DNA of 64,000 nucleotides from Gemmatimonadales bacterium (GTDB taxonomy: Bacteria; Gemmatimonadota; Gemmatimonadetes; Gemmatimonadales; GWC2-71-9), in NCBI GenBank assembly GCA_041577295.1, contig JBFGJG010000005.1, positions 1-64,000 of the forward strand, written 5' to 3'. This document shows, in pieces, positions 42,456-52,887 of this stretch (its first letter is position 1; each line of letters begins with the position of its first letter). The notes under the pieces were generated by a model. The model saw only the letters and a list, made by a program, of their open reading frames with translations, did not search any database and had not been told where the DNA came from. The translations under genes and the position numbers were made by a program.

Positions 42456-43771
42456 CCCACGACGGCCAACTCCCGGGGCGCTTGGGCAAGCACCCCCGTG
42501 AACGTTGAGCCGGTGGTCCCGGTGAGACGCACCGTGCGGTACGTCCCGATCCATGACCGCGGTCCTTCAACGAGGACCACTTTGTTGGTGCGCGTCCGAC
42601 CTTGCAAGAGAACACCCCGTTTGGCCACACCCTCCACCAGCACCTCGAAGACCTGCCCCACCAGCGCCACGTTGCGACGCCTGGCCACCGCCCGCACCGT
42701 ATCAATGAGACGTTCCAACCGTGAGCCCGCCACATCAGCCGGCACTGGGTTGGGTAAGCGCAACGCACCGGTCGCATCCCGCGGCGAATACTTGAACGTG
42801 AATGCGTCGTCGAACCCCACCTCCCGCACCAGGCTCTCCGTCTGCTCGTAGTCCGAGTCTGTCTCTCCCGGGAATCCCACGATGATGTCCGTGGTGAGGG
42901 CGATCTGCGGGATGGCAGCACGGAGCTCGTCCACGACCCGGAGGTACTGCTCCCGATCGTAGCGCCGGCCCATGCGCTTGAGGACGTCGGACGAACCACT
43001 TTGCACCGGCAAATGCACGTGCTCGCACACGGCAGGCACGGTGGCCATCGCCTCGATGACACGTCGTGTGAAGTCCGTTGGATACGGACTGGTAAACCTG
43101 ATGCGACGGATTCCATCTACCCGTCCCACGGCACGAAGAAGATCGGCAAAGTCGTGCTGGCCGTCCTGATAGCTGTTGACCGTCTGCCCGAGCAGCGTGA
43201 CCTCGGTGACGCCATCTTCCGCGAGCGCGCGAATCTCACGGATGACATCGGCTAGCATACGACTCCGCTCACGTCCACGTGTCATCGGAACGACGCAGAA
43301 GGTGCACCGATAATCGCATCCTCGTTGCACCGTGACAAAGGCGCCGACACGCTCGTGCCGGCGCGGGGGGATGTCTTCGTAGTGCTCCCACGACTTGAAG
43401 TCCACCGCAGCGGAGCGCGCGCCAGCCAGGGCACCGTCGATCAGCTGGGGGAGCCCGCGATAGCCATCGGGACCGATCACCAGGTCCACCTGGGGTACTT
43501 GTGCGAGAAGGGTCTCTCCGAGGCGTTGCGCCATGCACCCGACCACACCGATCACAACACCAGGACGTTTGTGTCGCTTGAGCTCACCCATTCGCCCAAT
43601 CACCCGCTGCTCAGCGTTGTCGCGCACCGCACAGGTGTTCAGCAGCAGCACATCGGCACTTCCCGGGTCCTCCGTCGGAACGAACCCATCCCTCTCGAGC
43701 AGACCGAGCATGAGCTCCGTGTCCGCCACGTTCATCTGACAGCCGTAGGTCTCGATGTAAATCCGTTTCAC
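42452..43771 (-). CDS. miaB: tRNA-2-methylthio-N6-dimethylallyladenosine synthase
   Basis: YIETYGCQMN, LNTCAVRDNAE, GCMAQ, CDYRCTFC, LLGQTVNSY, C-terminal TRAM domain. Confidence 0.95.
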   Translation of the reverse strand: MKRIYIETYGCQMNVADTELMLGLLERDGFVPTEDPGSADVLLLNTCAVRDNAEQRVIGRMGELKRHKRPGVVIGVVGCMAQRLGETLLAQVPQVDLVIGPDGYRGLPQLIDGALAGARSAAVDFKSWEHYEDIPPRRHERVGAFVTVQRGCDYRCTFCVVPMTRGRERSRMLADVIREIRALAEDGVTEVTLLGQTVNSYQDGQHDFADLLRAVGRVDGIRRIRFTSPYPTDFTRRVIEAMATVPAVCEHVHLPVQSGSSDVLKRMGRRYDREQYLRVVDELRAAIPQIALTTDIIVGFPGETDSDYEQTESLVREVGFDDAFTFKYSPRDATGALRLPNPVPADVAGSRLERLIDTVRAVARRRNVALVGQVFEVLVEGVAKRGVLLQGRTRTNKVVLVEGPRSWIGTYRTVRLTGTTGSTFTGVLAQAPRELAVVG

Positions 43772-45030
43772 GACGTATTCACGAGGTCCGTAATGGGGTC
43801 CGCCATGAGCGCGTGGTTCTCGAGGCGCAGGCGTGCCGGGCAGCGGCCCAGAACCCTGCCGCCGGTGTGAAGATAGACGGGCAGGTAGTCCTCCGTCAGC
43901 CCCTCGAAGCGGCCCCGGGAGCGTTTGAGGATGATCACGTCGGCGGATTCGCCTGCGCGACTCGCCCGATACGCTGCGCCCTTCGCGTCGGCCAGGTCTC
44001 GCAACGCGGCCGCCCGGTCTGCAGTGATGCGCGGATCCACCGGCTGGCCGATCTTGCGCGCGGACGCTCCCGGCCGTTCCGAATATGGGAAGACGTGCAG
44101 GTAGGTGAACGGCAGCCGCTCGACGAGATCCAGCGTTGCTTGGAAGTCGCGGTGTTCCTCCTCGGGGAACCCCACGATGATATCGGCTCCGAGCGCAAAC
44201 CGCGGGATGCGAGATGCAAGGGACTCGACGCGGGCACGGTACGTCCGTTGCGTGTACCAATGCCGTCCCATGCGCTTGAGCAACCGATCGCTTCCCGATT
44301 GGAGTGGAGCATGCAGATGTGGGGCGAGCTGACGGGGCGCACTGACTAGCAGCTCGGCGAGCTGGTCATCGACCTCGGTCGCCTCGACCGAGGAGAGCCG
44401 GAACCGCACCGCCGGTACGTCGCGCACGAGACGTTCCACGAGCCCACCCAGCGACGAGCCGTCCGACCGATCTCGCCCATAGGTCCCGATGTGCACGCCG
44501 GTGAGCACAATCTCGGCGTGTGCTTCCGAGAGCGCCACGGCCTCACGCACGATCTCGTCGGGTGCGCGGGAACGGTTGGCACCGCGCGCGAGCGTGGTGG
44601 CGCAGAAGGTACAGTGCTCGTCACAACCGTCTTGGATCTTGAGCCAGGCCCTCGCCCCACGCTCGAAGCGTTCAAGCACGGCACCAGCCGCGCTCGTCGA
44701 GAGATCGAGCGCGTCGAGCACAGACGCGGCATCGGAACCGTTCACCACGCCGGTGACGCCGGGGAGGTCGGCAATGGTGCCGTCGTCGAGCGCTGCCGCG
44801 CATCCCATGACCACGGTGCGACAGTCGCGATTTTTCCGCGCGATCCGGCGAACGAGCGCCCGCATCTTCGCCTCGCTGACGTGAGTAACCGTGCACGAGT
44901 TCACGACGGCGCAGTCCGCGAGCCCAGGGTCATCCACCGCCACAGCACCGGCGGCCTCGAGTGCCTGCCGCACGACTTCCGTGTCGTACTGATTTGCCTT
45001 ACAACCAAAGGTGTGAAGGTAGACCCGCAT
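43768..45030 (-). CDS. mtaB: Methylthiotransferase MtaB
   Basis: TFGCKANQYD, VNSCTVT, LKIQDGCDEHCTFC, EIVLTGVHIG, HVFPYSERPG. Confidence 0.88.
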   Translation of the reverse strand: MRVYLHTFGCKANQYDTEVVRQALEAAGAVAVDDPGLADCAVVNSCTVTHVSEAKMRALVRRIARKNRDCRTVVMGCAAALDDGTIADLPGVTGVVNGSDAASVLDALDLSTSAAGAVLERFERGARAWLKIQDGCDEHCTFCATTLARGANRSRAPDEIVREAVALSEAHAEIVLTGVHIGTYGRDRSDGSSLGGLVERLVRDVPAVRFRLSSVEATEVDDQLAELLVSAPRQLAPHLHAPLQSGSDRLLKRMGRHWYTQRTYRARVESLASRIPRFALGADIIVGFPEEEHRDFQATLDLVERLPFTYLHVFPYSERPGASARKIGQPVDPRITADRAAALRDLADAKGAAYRASRAGESADVIILKRSRGRFEGLTEDYLPVYLHTGGRVLGRCPARLRLENHALMADPITDLVNTS

Positions 45031-46160
45031 CAGGGAACCAGCGAAAGTCCGAGGGATAGCTGCCAGACGCGTTCGCGCGCGCCGGCGCCGTCGCGGAAGA
45101 TGCGTTCGAGGGAGGCCTCGATGAGCGCCCGATTCCCCGCGAAGGGATAGGCGGTTCCCGCCGCGGCGATCCACTCGGTGGGTTGATCGTCGTTGGGACT
45201 GAACGGCAGCTGCGCGTACCGCACCCCGAGCCGCAAGGGGAGTCGCGAGGCACCGACATCGGGACCACCGATCTCGACACCAGAACCGACCTGCCATGTG
45301 TCGAAGGATCTCGCGTCGGGGCTCTTTGTACGGGACCAGTTGCGCCAGGTCACCGTCGTGCTCCACCGGAGCGCCCGTTGCGGGGCCAATGCGAACCCGC
45401 CGGTGACCGATACGGGAAGCTGGACTCGCCCCACCACCACCGAATCAATGCTGCGGGAGAGACGCGTGTCCGTGCGGAGCGCAACCGAGAAACTCGCGCG
45501 CCTCGACAGCGCGAGATTTGCTCCGACCGACACCCCCGCCCCGGCGAACGACGCCTGGCTCGAGTCGCGCAGTGGTACAAAGGCACTATCGGAGAACTCG
45601 CGGATCGTCTTCAAGCGAGTCGACCCAGTGAGGATGTGCACCCCCGCGCCCACTTGCAGTCGACTGGTCACTCGCCAACCCAGGGCGGCCCGGACGTCAC
45701 TGACACCGCCGTCGGCTCTCAAACGGTCCTGGACCTCGACCGGATCTCCCCGAATGACGATGGTGTCCGTGCTCGTGACGTCGAACGTGCGATCGAGGTA
45801 GGGTCCAAACGACACCGCAAACGTCACCGGGCTCCTCCCCACGCCACCGGCGACCATCGCGTAGAGAAACCGTGTCTGCTGCAAGCCGTCGGCTTCCACC
45901 CCGCGCGATGCGAACGATCGCACCGAAGTCGTGGCGCTCGCGTTGACCGACAGGCGGCCAAACAGGGCAACCGTCGCGGGATTCACCGCCGAGCCGGCGT
46001 CGAACGCCGCAAGCCCCCGACCGAGGGCGCGGGTGCGGATTCCCACCGACTGATCGGGTACTCCGATACCTACCACGCCGAACACGGAGGTCTGCGCCTC
46101 GACGGATGAAGTCCCCATTACCACTGCCGCGATCAGCGAGACGATTGCGCGCGTGGTCAT
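45030..46160 (-). CDS. Outer-membrane beta-barrel protein (FadL/PorV-like architecture)
   Basis: Signal peptide ending VEA-Q; RTRALG...NPA motif as in FadL-like hatch domains; amphipathic beta strands to the C-terminus. Confidence 0.7.
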   Translation of the reverse strand: MTTRAIVSLIAAVVMGTSSVEAQTSVFGVVGIGVPDQSVGIRTRALGRGLAAFDAGSAVNPATVALFGRLSVNASATTSVRSFASRGVEADGLQQTRFLYAMVAGGVGRSPVTFAVSFGPYLDRTFDVTSTDTIVIRGDPVEVQDRLRADGGVSDVRAALGWRVTSRLQVGAGVHILTGSTRLKTIREFSDSAFVPLRDSSQASFAGAGVSVGANLALSRRASFSVALRTDTRLSRSIDSVVVGRVQLPVSVTGGFALAPQRALRWSTTVTWRNWSRTKSPDARSFDTWQVGSGVEIGGPDVGASRLPLRLGVRYAQLPFSPNDDQPTEWIAAAGTAYPFAGNRALIEASLERIFRDGAGARERVWQLSLGLSLVP

Positions 46161-47353
46161 GGCTGGAGCGTCGGGACGTAGGTGATCTGCAACGCCGGCC
46201 TCATGTCCGGCACTCGGCTCGAGGAGAAGCGGAACTCCCCAAAGGACGACGCCTCGGGGGTCACACGGATCACAAAGGAGCGAGGTGATTGCTCGTTGTT
46301 TTTCCAGGAGGCAACGATGTGTGTGATGTCGATCTCAACCGTATCCGACGCTCCCGTGGGCAGACGCGCGTTGCCGCGGTTTGGCACCAGCGTTGGTATG
46401 ATGGGAGACTTGGGTCCGAAGTCGGCCGACAGGGCTTCCGTCTGGACGTTGAGCGTGTCTTGCGGAGCTCCCGTCACAGGGCGCGTTGGCACCAGGATCA
46501 GCGTTGCCCGCACCACGTTTGATGAGTCGATGATTGCGCTCGGCAGCGCGACGCGAATGATCGATCGTGCGGACGGTGCACCTCCCACGGTCAACTCGTC
46601 GGGTGCCAGGTCGGGCAGCGGCGCAAAGACGTAGGTGGTAAAGTTTGCCTGGCGCGCCTCGTCGCGAAACACGATTTCCGCTCCCGCGGAGTCTACCTGA
46701 ACAAAACGCGTCAGAAGCGGGGGCTGTCCGCCGCCCAACGACCCAAGATTCATGAACGTGGGCGTAGGCGAGCGGAGTTCGACACCGATGGCCGTTACGC
46801 GTCCATCGGCATCGAAGGACGGAAAGGCATCACCGGGTAACAACACGAGCATTGGATCGCCACTCTCGACCGTGTCGTCGACAGCGATCGTGGTGATGAG
46901 CGTGCTGTCGTCGAGGAACGGCCGGACGTCTGCCAGGGCTACCGTCGAGTCGAGCGATGCCGGAAGGCGAAACAGCGCCAACTCCATCCCCTCGACCGGC
47001 GTGCGACGGTTGATGGTCAGCTGTAGACGAAATGAGTCGATCGCGACGACCTCTTCTCCGATGGTGTCACCCGAGACGAGAACGATGCGCTCGGAAAAGG
47101 CCGGAAACCGGATCACCGCCCAACTCGTGGCGCCGGTGTCCTCCCGTGCGAGCTTGAGCCTGGTACCACGAAACGCTTTGACGTATCCGCGAAACGCACT
47201 GTCCCGTACAATCCCGGTGCGGATCAGCGTGTCGATCACCGTGATGCGAGTGGACGGACAGAACTCCGGGCAGGCACCGGGTGCGGTGAGGTCCTCCTGA
47301 CACGCGCCCCAGAGGAGCACGGCCAGGCTAAGCCAAGCGAGTCGTCTTTCCAT
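46157..47353 (-). CDS. Hypothetical lipoprotein
   Basis: [18 protein letters not shown] lipobox, then CPEFCP; beta-rich; C-terminal RPALQITY. Confidence 0.75.
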   Translation of the reverse strand: MERRLAWLSLAVLLWGACQEDLTAPGACPEFCPSTRITVIDTLIRTGIVRDSAFRGYVKAFRGTRLKLAREDTGATSWAVIRFPAFSERIVLVSGDTIGEEVVAIDSFRLQLTINRRTPVEGMELALFRLPASLDSTVALADVRPFLDDSTLITTIAVDDTVESGDPMLVLLPGDAFPSFDADGRVTAIGVELRSPTPTFMNLGSLGGGQPPLLTRFVQVDSAGAEIVFRDEARQANFTTYVFAPLPDLAPDELTVGGAPSARSIIRVALPSAIIDSSNVVRATLILVPTRPVTGAPQDTLNVQTEALSADFGPKSPIIPTLVPNRGNARLPTGASDTVEIDITHIVASWKNNEQSPRSFVIRVTPEASSFGEFRFSSSRVPDMRPALQITYVPTLQP

Positions 47354-47615
47354 GCACCTCGAAGGAGTCCAGGATGGCCATGATCACCGCATCGACTGGA
47401 CGGTCTTTGGTCAGTGTGGTTTGGCGTGCGGAGGATCCGGATGCGTAGAGCACCACTTCACGCGCGCCGGCACCGACGGCGTCCACGGCGACGACGTACC
47501 CGCCGTCCGGCGTGAGATCTTCATTCAGATTCTCCACCACCAAGAACTTGACGCCGTCGAGCGACGGATCCTTTCGCGTCGCCACCACCGTACCGACGAC
47601 TCTACCCATCTTCAT
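47328..47615 (-). CDS. Bacterial microcompartment vertex protein (BMC-P, EutN/CcmL family)
   Basis: 95 aa: [24 protein letters not shown]...[23 protein letters not shown]...[14 protein letters not shown] overlaps the cdd stop (ATGA). Confidence 0.93.
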   Translation of the reverse strand: MKMGRVVGTVVATRKDPSLDGVKFLVVENLNEDLTPDGGYVVAVDAVGAGAREVVLYASGSSARQTTLTKDRPVDAVIMAILDSFEVHGKTTRLA

Positions 47616-48001
47616 TTCACGAGATCCTTTCGGCCAAAGCTGACGGGCAACAGCTCGTCCAGGTGCCAGCGGCGCGAACCGCTCAGTCCCACCGCATCGA
47701 CAATCAGATGCCCGCCGAATTCGGCGAGGACCTGACGACACGCCCCACACGGCGCGACTGGCGTGCTGGCATCGGTGACCACCGCGAGACGTTTGAACCG
47801 CCGCGCGCCAGCCGTGGTGGCCGTGCCTACCGCAACACGCTCCGCGCAGTTCGTGAGACCGTAGGAAGCGTTCTCGACATTGGCACCCACGAAGATCTGC
47901 CCATCCTCCGCCTCCAACGCCGCCCCGACGCGAAATCCGCTGTAGGGCGCATACGCGTTCGCCATCGCCTCGCGAGCGGCAGCGATCAGTCGGTCATCCA
48001 C
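47612..48001 (-). CDS. cdd: Cytidine deaminase
   Basis: [37 protein letters not shown]. Confidence 0.96.
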   Translation of the reverse strand: MDDRLIAAAREAMANAYAPYSGFRVGAALEAEDGQIFVGANVENASYGLTNCAERVAVGTATTAGARRFKRLAVVTDASTPVAPCGACRQVLAEFGGHLIVDAVGLSGSRRWHLDELLPVSFGRKDLVK

Positions 48002-49173
48002 GGCGCAACATCTCCCAAGAACGAGGACCCCGTATCGAGGGTCACACCAAAGTAGTCGGCAACCGTGGCACCGACGTCGGCGAACGTCCTGCGCACACCC
48101 AGATCCACCGCCCGGACACCCGGCCCAATAACCAGCACTGGAACCGCCTCCCGCGAATGATCCGTGGACGGCGTCGTGGGATCATTCCCGTGATCCGCCG
48201 TGAAGATCATCACGTCCCCGTCTCGCAGCAACGCGACGAGGTTGGGGAGCTCTTCGTCCAGCTCCCGAAGCCCCTGATAGAACCCCGCGACGTCGTTTCG
48301 GTGCCCCCATGTTTGGTCGAACTCGATCACGTTCGCGAAGAGAAACCCTTCGTCCATGGTTGCGAGGGCCTCTCGGATCATCGTGTACGCCTCGCCATTC
48401 GTGGGAGTGTGCCGGCTCGCGATGTTTCGGCCGGCAAAGAGGTCGTCCACCTTGCCGATGCCGCTACGTGGCACGCCTGCTTCCGCCAAACGATCGAGGA
48501 GCGTCGCTCGGGGGGGCGCCAGCGAAAAATCGCGACGGTGCGCCGTCCGTCGGAAGCTCTTCGGCGTGCCAATGAAGGGACGGGCGATGACCCGAGCCAC
48601 GGCGTCGGCACCCACGAGAATCTCGTCTCGCGCAGCCTGACAGGCGTCGTAGAGTTCGCGGAGTGGCACGACCTCTTCGTGCGCTGCGACCTGGAAGACG
48701 CTGTCGGCCGAGGTGTAGACGATCCAGTCGCCCCGCTCGAGATGATCTGATCCGAACTCCTCAATGATCGTCGTGCCCGAAGCTGCTTTGTTCCCCAGCA
48801 CGCCACGACCCGTGCGCTCCGCGAAAGCCGCGATCAGCCGATGCGGGAATCCAAGCGGATACGTTGGGAACGGCTCATCGAGCACCAATCCGCAGAGCTC
48901 CCAATGGCCCGTGGTGCTGTCTTTCCCCAGCGAGACCGGGTAGGCGATCCCGTGAGCCGCCTTGGCGTTCTTGCACGACATGCCTGCCAGGGGGCGGCAG
49001 CATCCGAGGCCCAGCGCCTCCAGGCGTGGCAGCTCGAAGCCCCCAACCGCGCTGGCGACGTTGCCTAGCGTGTTGCTTCCACCATCGCCGAAGGTCTCCG
49101 TATCCGGGGCGGTGCCGATACCCAGTCCGTCGAGGACAATCACGGCGCAGCGGCCGCGCGTGCGACGGCTCAC
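47986..49173 (-). CDS. deoB: Phosphopentomutase
   Basis: [55 protein letters not shown]. Confidence 0.95.
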   Translation of the reverse strand: MSRRTRGRCAVIVLDGLGIGTAPDTETFGDGGSNTLGNVASAVGGFELPRLEALGLGCCRPLAGMSCKNAKAAHGIAYPVSLGKDSTTGHWELCGLVLDEPFPTYPLGFPHRLIAAFAERTGRGVLGNKAASGTTIIEEFGSDHLERGDWIVYTSADSVFQVAAHEEVVPLRELYDACQAARDEILVGADAVARVIARPFIGTPKSFRRTAHRRDFSLAPPRATLLDRLAEAGVPRSGIGKVDDLFAGRNIASRHTPTNGEAYTMIREALATMDEGFLFANVIEFDQTWGHRNDVAGFYQGLRELDEELPNLVALLRDGDVMIFTADHGNDPTTPSTDHSREAVPVLVIGPGVRAVDLGVRRTFADVGATVADYFGVTLDTGSSFLGDVAPWMTD

Positions 49174-50246
49174 GGCCCGAGGTACTCCCTCCGCATCCGT
49201 CCTCCGAGACCGGTGAGAATCTCGTACGAAATGGTTTTTGCCCACCCGGCGAACTCATCTACCGTGATCTCGTCCCCTCCATCTCTGCCAATCACCGTGG
49301 CGACTTCCCCGACCCCGACCGAGGTCCGTTCGCTCGCCAGGTCGATCATGACCAGGTCCATCGTTACGCGGCCTACGATGGGACGGCGCACGCCACTCAG
49401 CAGTACATGCGCCCGTCCCTGGATCGCGCGGGGGATGCCGTCGGCGTACCCGATGCCGAGCGTGGCGATGGTCGTCCGGCGACTCGCTGCCCAGTCCCCT
49501 CCATAGCTGACGGTCTCCCCGCGGTGGAGCGTTCGGAGGCTCACCACTGGCGCGCGGACCGTCCCCACCGGTCGTGGCTCGGGCAGTCTAGTCCCTGCCC
49601 GTCCGCCGTAGAGAAAGATACCGGGCCGCACGAGGTCGAGTGTCTCACCCAGGCTGAAGGCGGCCGCGCTGTTGGCGGCGTGCAGCAGGAGTTTGCGCTG
49701 CGGCAGGACCGTCAGCGCTTGACGGAACCGGGCCCACTGCTGCTCGACCGTTTGGCTATCCGTGTCGGCTGCGAAGAAGTGGGTGAACGCGCCCTCCAGG
49801 TGCGGGACGTCGAAGTGCCCAAGGGTCGTCTGGGCGTCCCAGCGCACACCACACCGCCCCATCCCCGTATCGATCTCAAGGTGGAACGGCGCATTCCAGC
49901 GGGCGGCCAGATTTGGCTCGTCGATGACGGCGCGCAGGTCGTGGCGGGCGTACGCGTCCCACAGAGCGTCGATCGCCGGGGTAAAAACGAGAATGGGCCG
50001 GCGGATGCCGGCCGCTCGTAAGGCCGCGCCTTCCTCGACCGTCGCGACGCCGAATCCCCACGGGTCGAGGGTCTCGAGTGCCCTGGCCGCCGGCACCGCG
50101 CCGAGCCCGTATCCGTCGGCCTTCACCATGGGCAGCAACGCTGCACCGCCAGCAGCCTCTTGAACGGTGCGGGCGTTGGCCACCAGGTTGGCGAGGTCGA
50201 CCTCGAGCCACGCCCGATTCGTCTTTCGCTGCGTTGACACGGTCAC
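49170..50246 (-). CDS. alr: Alanine racemase
   Basis: VKADGYGLG (PLP Lys), HLEIDTGMGR, ANSA, RPGIFLYG, GYADG, GRVTMD, TISYEI. Confidence 0.95.
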   Translation of the reverse strand: MTVSTQRKTNRAWLEVDLANLVANARTVQEAAGGAALLPMVKADGYGLGAVPAARALETLDPWGFGVATVEEGAALRAAGIRRPILVFTPAIDALWDAYARHDLRAVIDEPNLAARWNAPFHLEIDTGMGRCGVRWDAQTTLGHFDVPHLEGAFTHFFAADTDSQTVEQQWARFRQALTVLPQRKLLLHAANSAAAFSLGETLDLVRPGIFLYGGRAGTRLPEPRPVGTVRAPVVSLRTLHRGETVSYGGDWAASRRTTIATLGIGYADGIPRAIQGRAHVLLSGVRRPIVGRVTMDLVMIDLASERTSVGVGEVATVIGRDGGDEITVDEFAGWAKTISYEILTGLGGRMRREYLGP

Positions 50247-50287
50247 CGACGGACGGGTATTGTACCGGCGGCACTACGCAAATGCAA
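50234..50287. promoter_or_regulatory. Overlapping divergent sigma70 promoters for alr and mazG
   Basis: Plus: TTGACA(50234-50239)-N18-TATTGT(50258-50263). Minus: TTGCAT(50287-50282)-N17-TACAAT(50264-50259). Confidence 0.6.
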
Positions 50288-51073
50288 GAACCATCGACGC
50301 TTGGACGCATTGTGGAGTTGGTGCGCGACCTGCGGAATCGCTGTCCGTGGGACGCCGCCCAGACCCCGGAAACGCTTCGTCCCTATCTCGTGGAGGAGGC
50401 GCTGGAGCTCGATCACGCGATTGGGTCTGGTGACAGCGACGCGATTCGGGTGGAGCTGGGGGACGTGTTGCTGCATCTCGCGTTTCAAATCGTCCTAGGT
50501 GAGGAATCGGGGCAGTTTGGTGCGGAGGATGTGACCCGCACGGTCGAACAGAAGATGCATCGTCGACACCCTCATCTGTTCGGCAAGTCGGCCGCGGCAT
50601 CCGGGACGGGGCCCACTATCGAAGAGGTGGCGCAGCGGTGGGAACAGCACAAGGCAGCCGAGCGAGATCCCCACGCGAGCGTGTTAGACGGACTCCCTCC
50701 AACGTTGCCGGCAATCATCATGGCGTATCGACTCCAAGAACGCGCGGCCGGCATCGGTTTCGACTGGCCGGATGCAACAGGGCCCCTGGCGAAGGTCCGG
50801 GAGGAGACCGACGAGTTGACGACTGAGATGGCTGGCGACCCCTCTGCGCAGCGTGTCGCCGACGAAGTTGGTGATCTGCTGTTCGCCGTGGTCAACCTCG
50901 CGCGCAAGCTAGGGTGTGACCCGAGAGCGGCGCTGGAAAAGGCGAATCAGCGTTTTGAGGCACGCTTTCGCCAAGTGGAGGCGTTGGCCGCGGAGCGCGG
51001 AATCGACGTCAACCGCGCGAGCCTCGCGGTGCTGGATCGACTCTGGGAAGAGGTGAAGAAGAGTACGGAGTAG
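50282..51073 (+). CDS. mazG: Nucleoside triphosphate pyrophosphohydrolase MazG
   Basis: CPWDAAQT, LVEEALE, ELGDVLL, RRHPHLF, GFDWP, EVGDLLFAVVN. Confidence 0.95.
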   Translation: MQEPSTLGRIVELVRDLRNRCPWDAAQTPETLRPYLVEEALELDHAIGSGDSDAIRVELGDVLLHLAFQIVLGEESGQFGAEDVTRTVEQKMHRRHPHLFGKSAAASGTGPTIEEVAQRWEQHKAAERDPHASVLDGLPPTLPAIIMAYRLQERAAGIGFDWPDATGPLAKVREETDELTTEMAGDPSAQRVADEVGDLLFAVVNLARKLGCDPRAALEKANQRFEARFRQVEALAAERGIDVNRASLAVLDRLWEEVKKSTE

Positions 51074-51136
51074 GTCCCTGCTCGATGCTCATTGGGGGGG
51101 TCGCGAGGTGGAAGGGTGTGTGGGCGGTAGGTGGGA

Positions 51137-52435
<1,299 letters not shown>

Positions 52436-52444
52436 GAGGCGGGT

Positions 52445-52473
52445 ATCGTAGTGAGGCCCCTATTGGGTGTCAA
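52445..52473 (-). promoter_or_regulatory. Sigma70 promoter of asnS
   Basis: Minus strand TTGACA-N17-TACGAT, ending 9 nt before the ATG. Confidence 0.7.
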
Positions 52474-52475
52474 AC

Positions 52476-52511
52476 TAGAGGGGATAGGGGGGATAGAAGG
52501 GATCGAGGGGA
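52476..52511 (+). repeat. Four degenerate 9-mer tandem repeats (TAGAGGGGA)
   Basis: TAGAGGGGA TAGGGGGGA TAGAAGGGA TCGAGGGGA. Confidence 0.75.
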
Positions 52512-52554
52512 TGGTGTTAGGTTGCGAATCCTCACATCACGGAGTGTCGGGGTT

Positions 52555-52887
52555 ATGCCGAGTGAACTCGCTGCAAAACATTGTGTGCCGTGTCGGGGAG
52601 GAGTGCCGCCGTTGCGGGGTGGGGAGATCGATTCGTTGCTCAAGCAGTTGGGTGGGGATTGGCGTGCGGTTGATGGCCACCACCTGGAGAAAGAGTACCA
52701 ATTCAAAGACTTCAAGGGCGCGCTCGATTTTACCAATCGGGTAGGGGCGATTGCCGAGGAACAGGGGCATCACCCGGACATCTATCTGTCGTGGGGGAAG
52801 GTTGGCCTCAAGATCTGGACGCATAAGATCGACGGCCTCACCGAGAGCGACTTCGTATTGGCGGCGAAGGCGGATGGCGCTCTTTAG
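52555..52887 (+). CDS. phhB: Pterin-4-alpha-carbinolamine dehydratase
   Basis: CVPCRGG, FKDFKGALDF, AEEQGHHPDI, WTHKIDGLTESDFVLAAK. Confidence 0.93.
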   Translation: MPSELAAKHCVPCRGGVPPLRGGEIDSLLKQLGGDWRAVDGHHLEKEYQFKDFKGALDFTNRVGAIAEEQGHHPDIYLSWGKVGLKIWTHKIDGLTESDFVLAAKADGAL

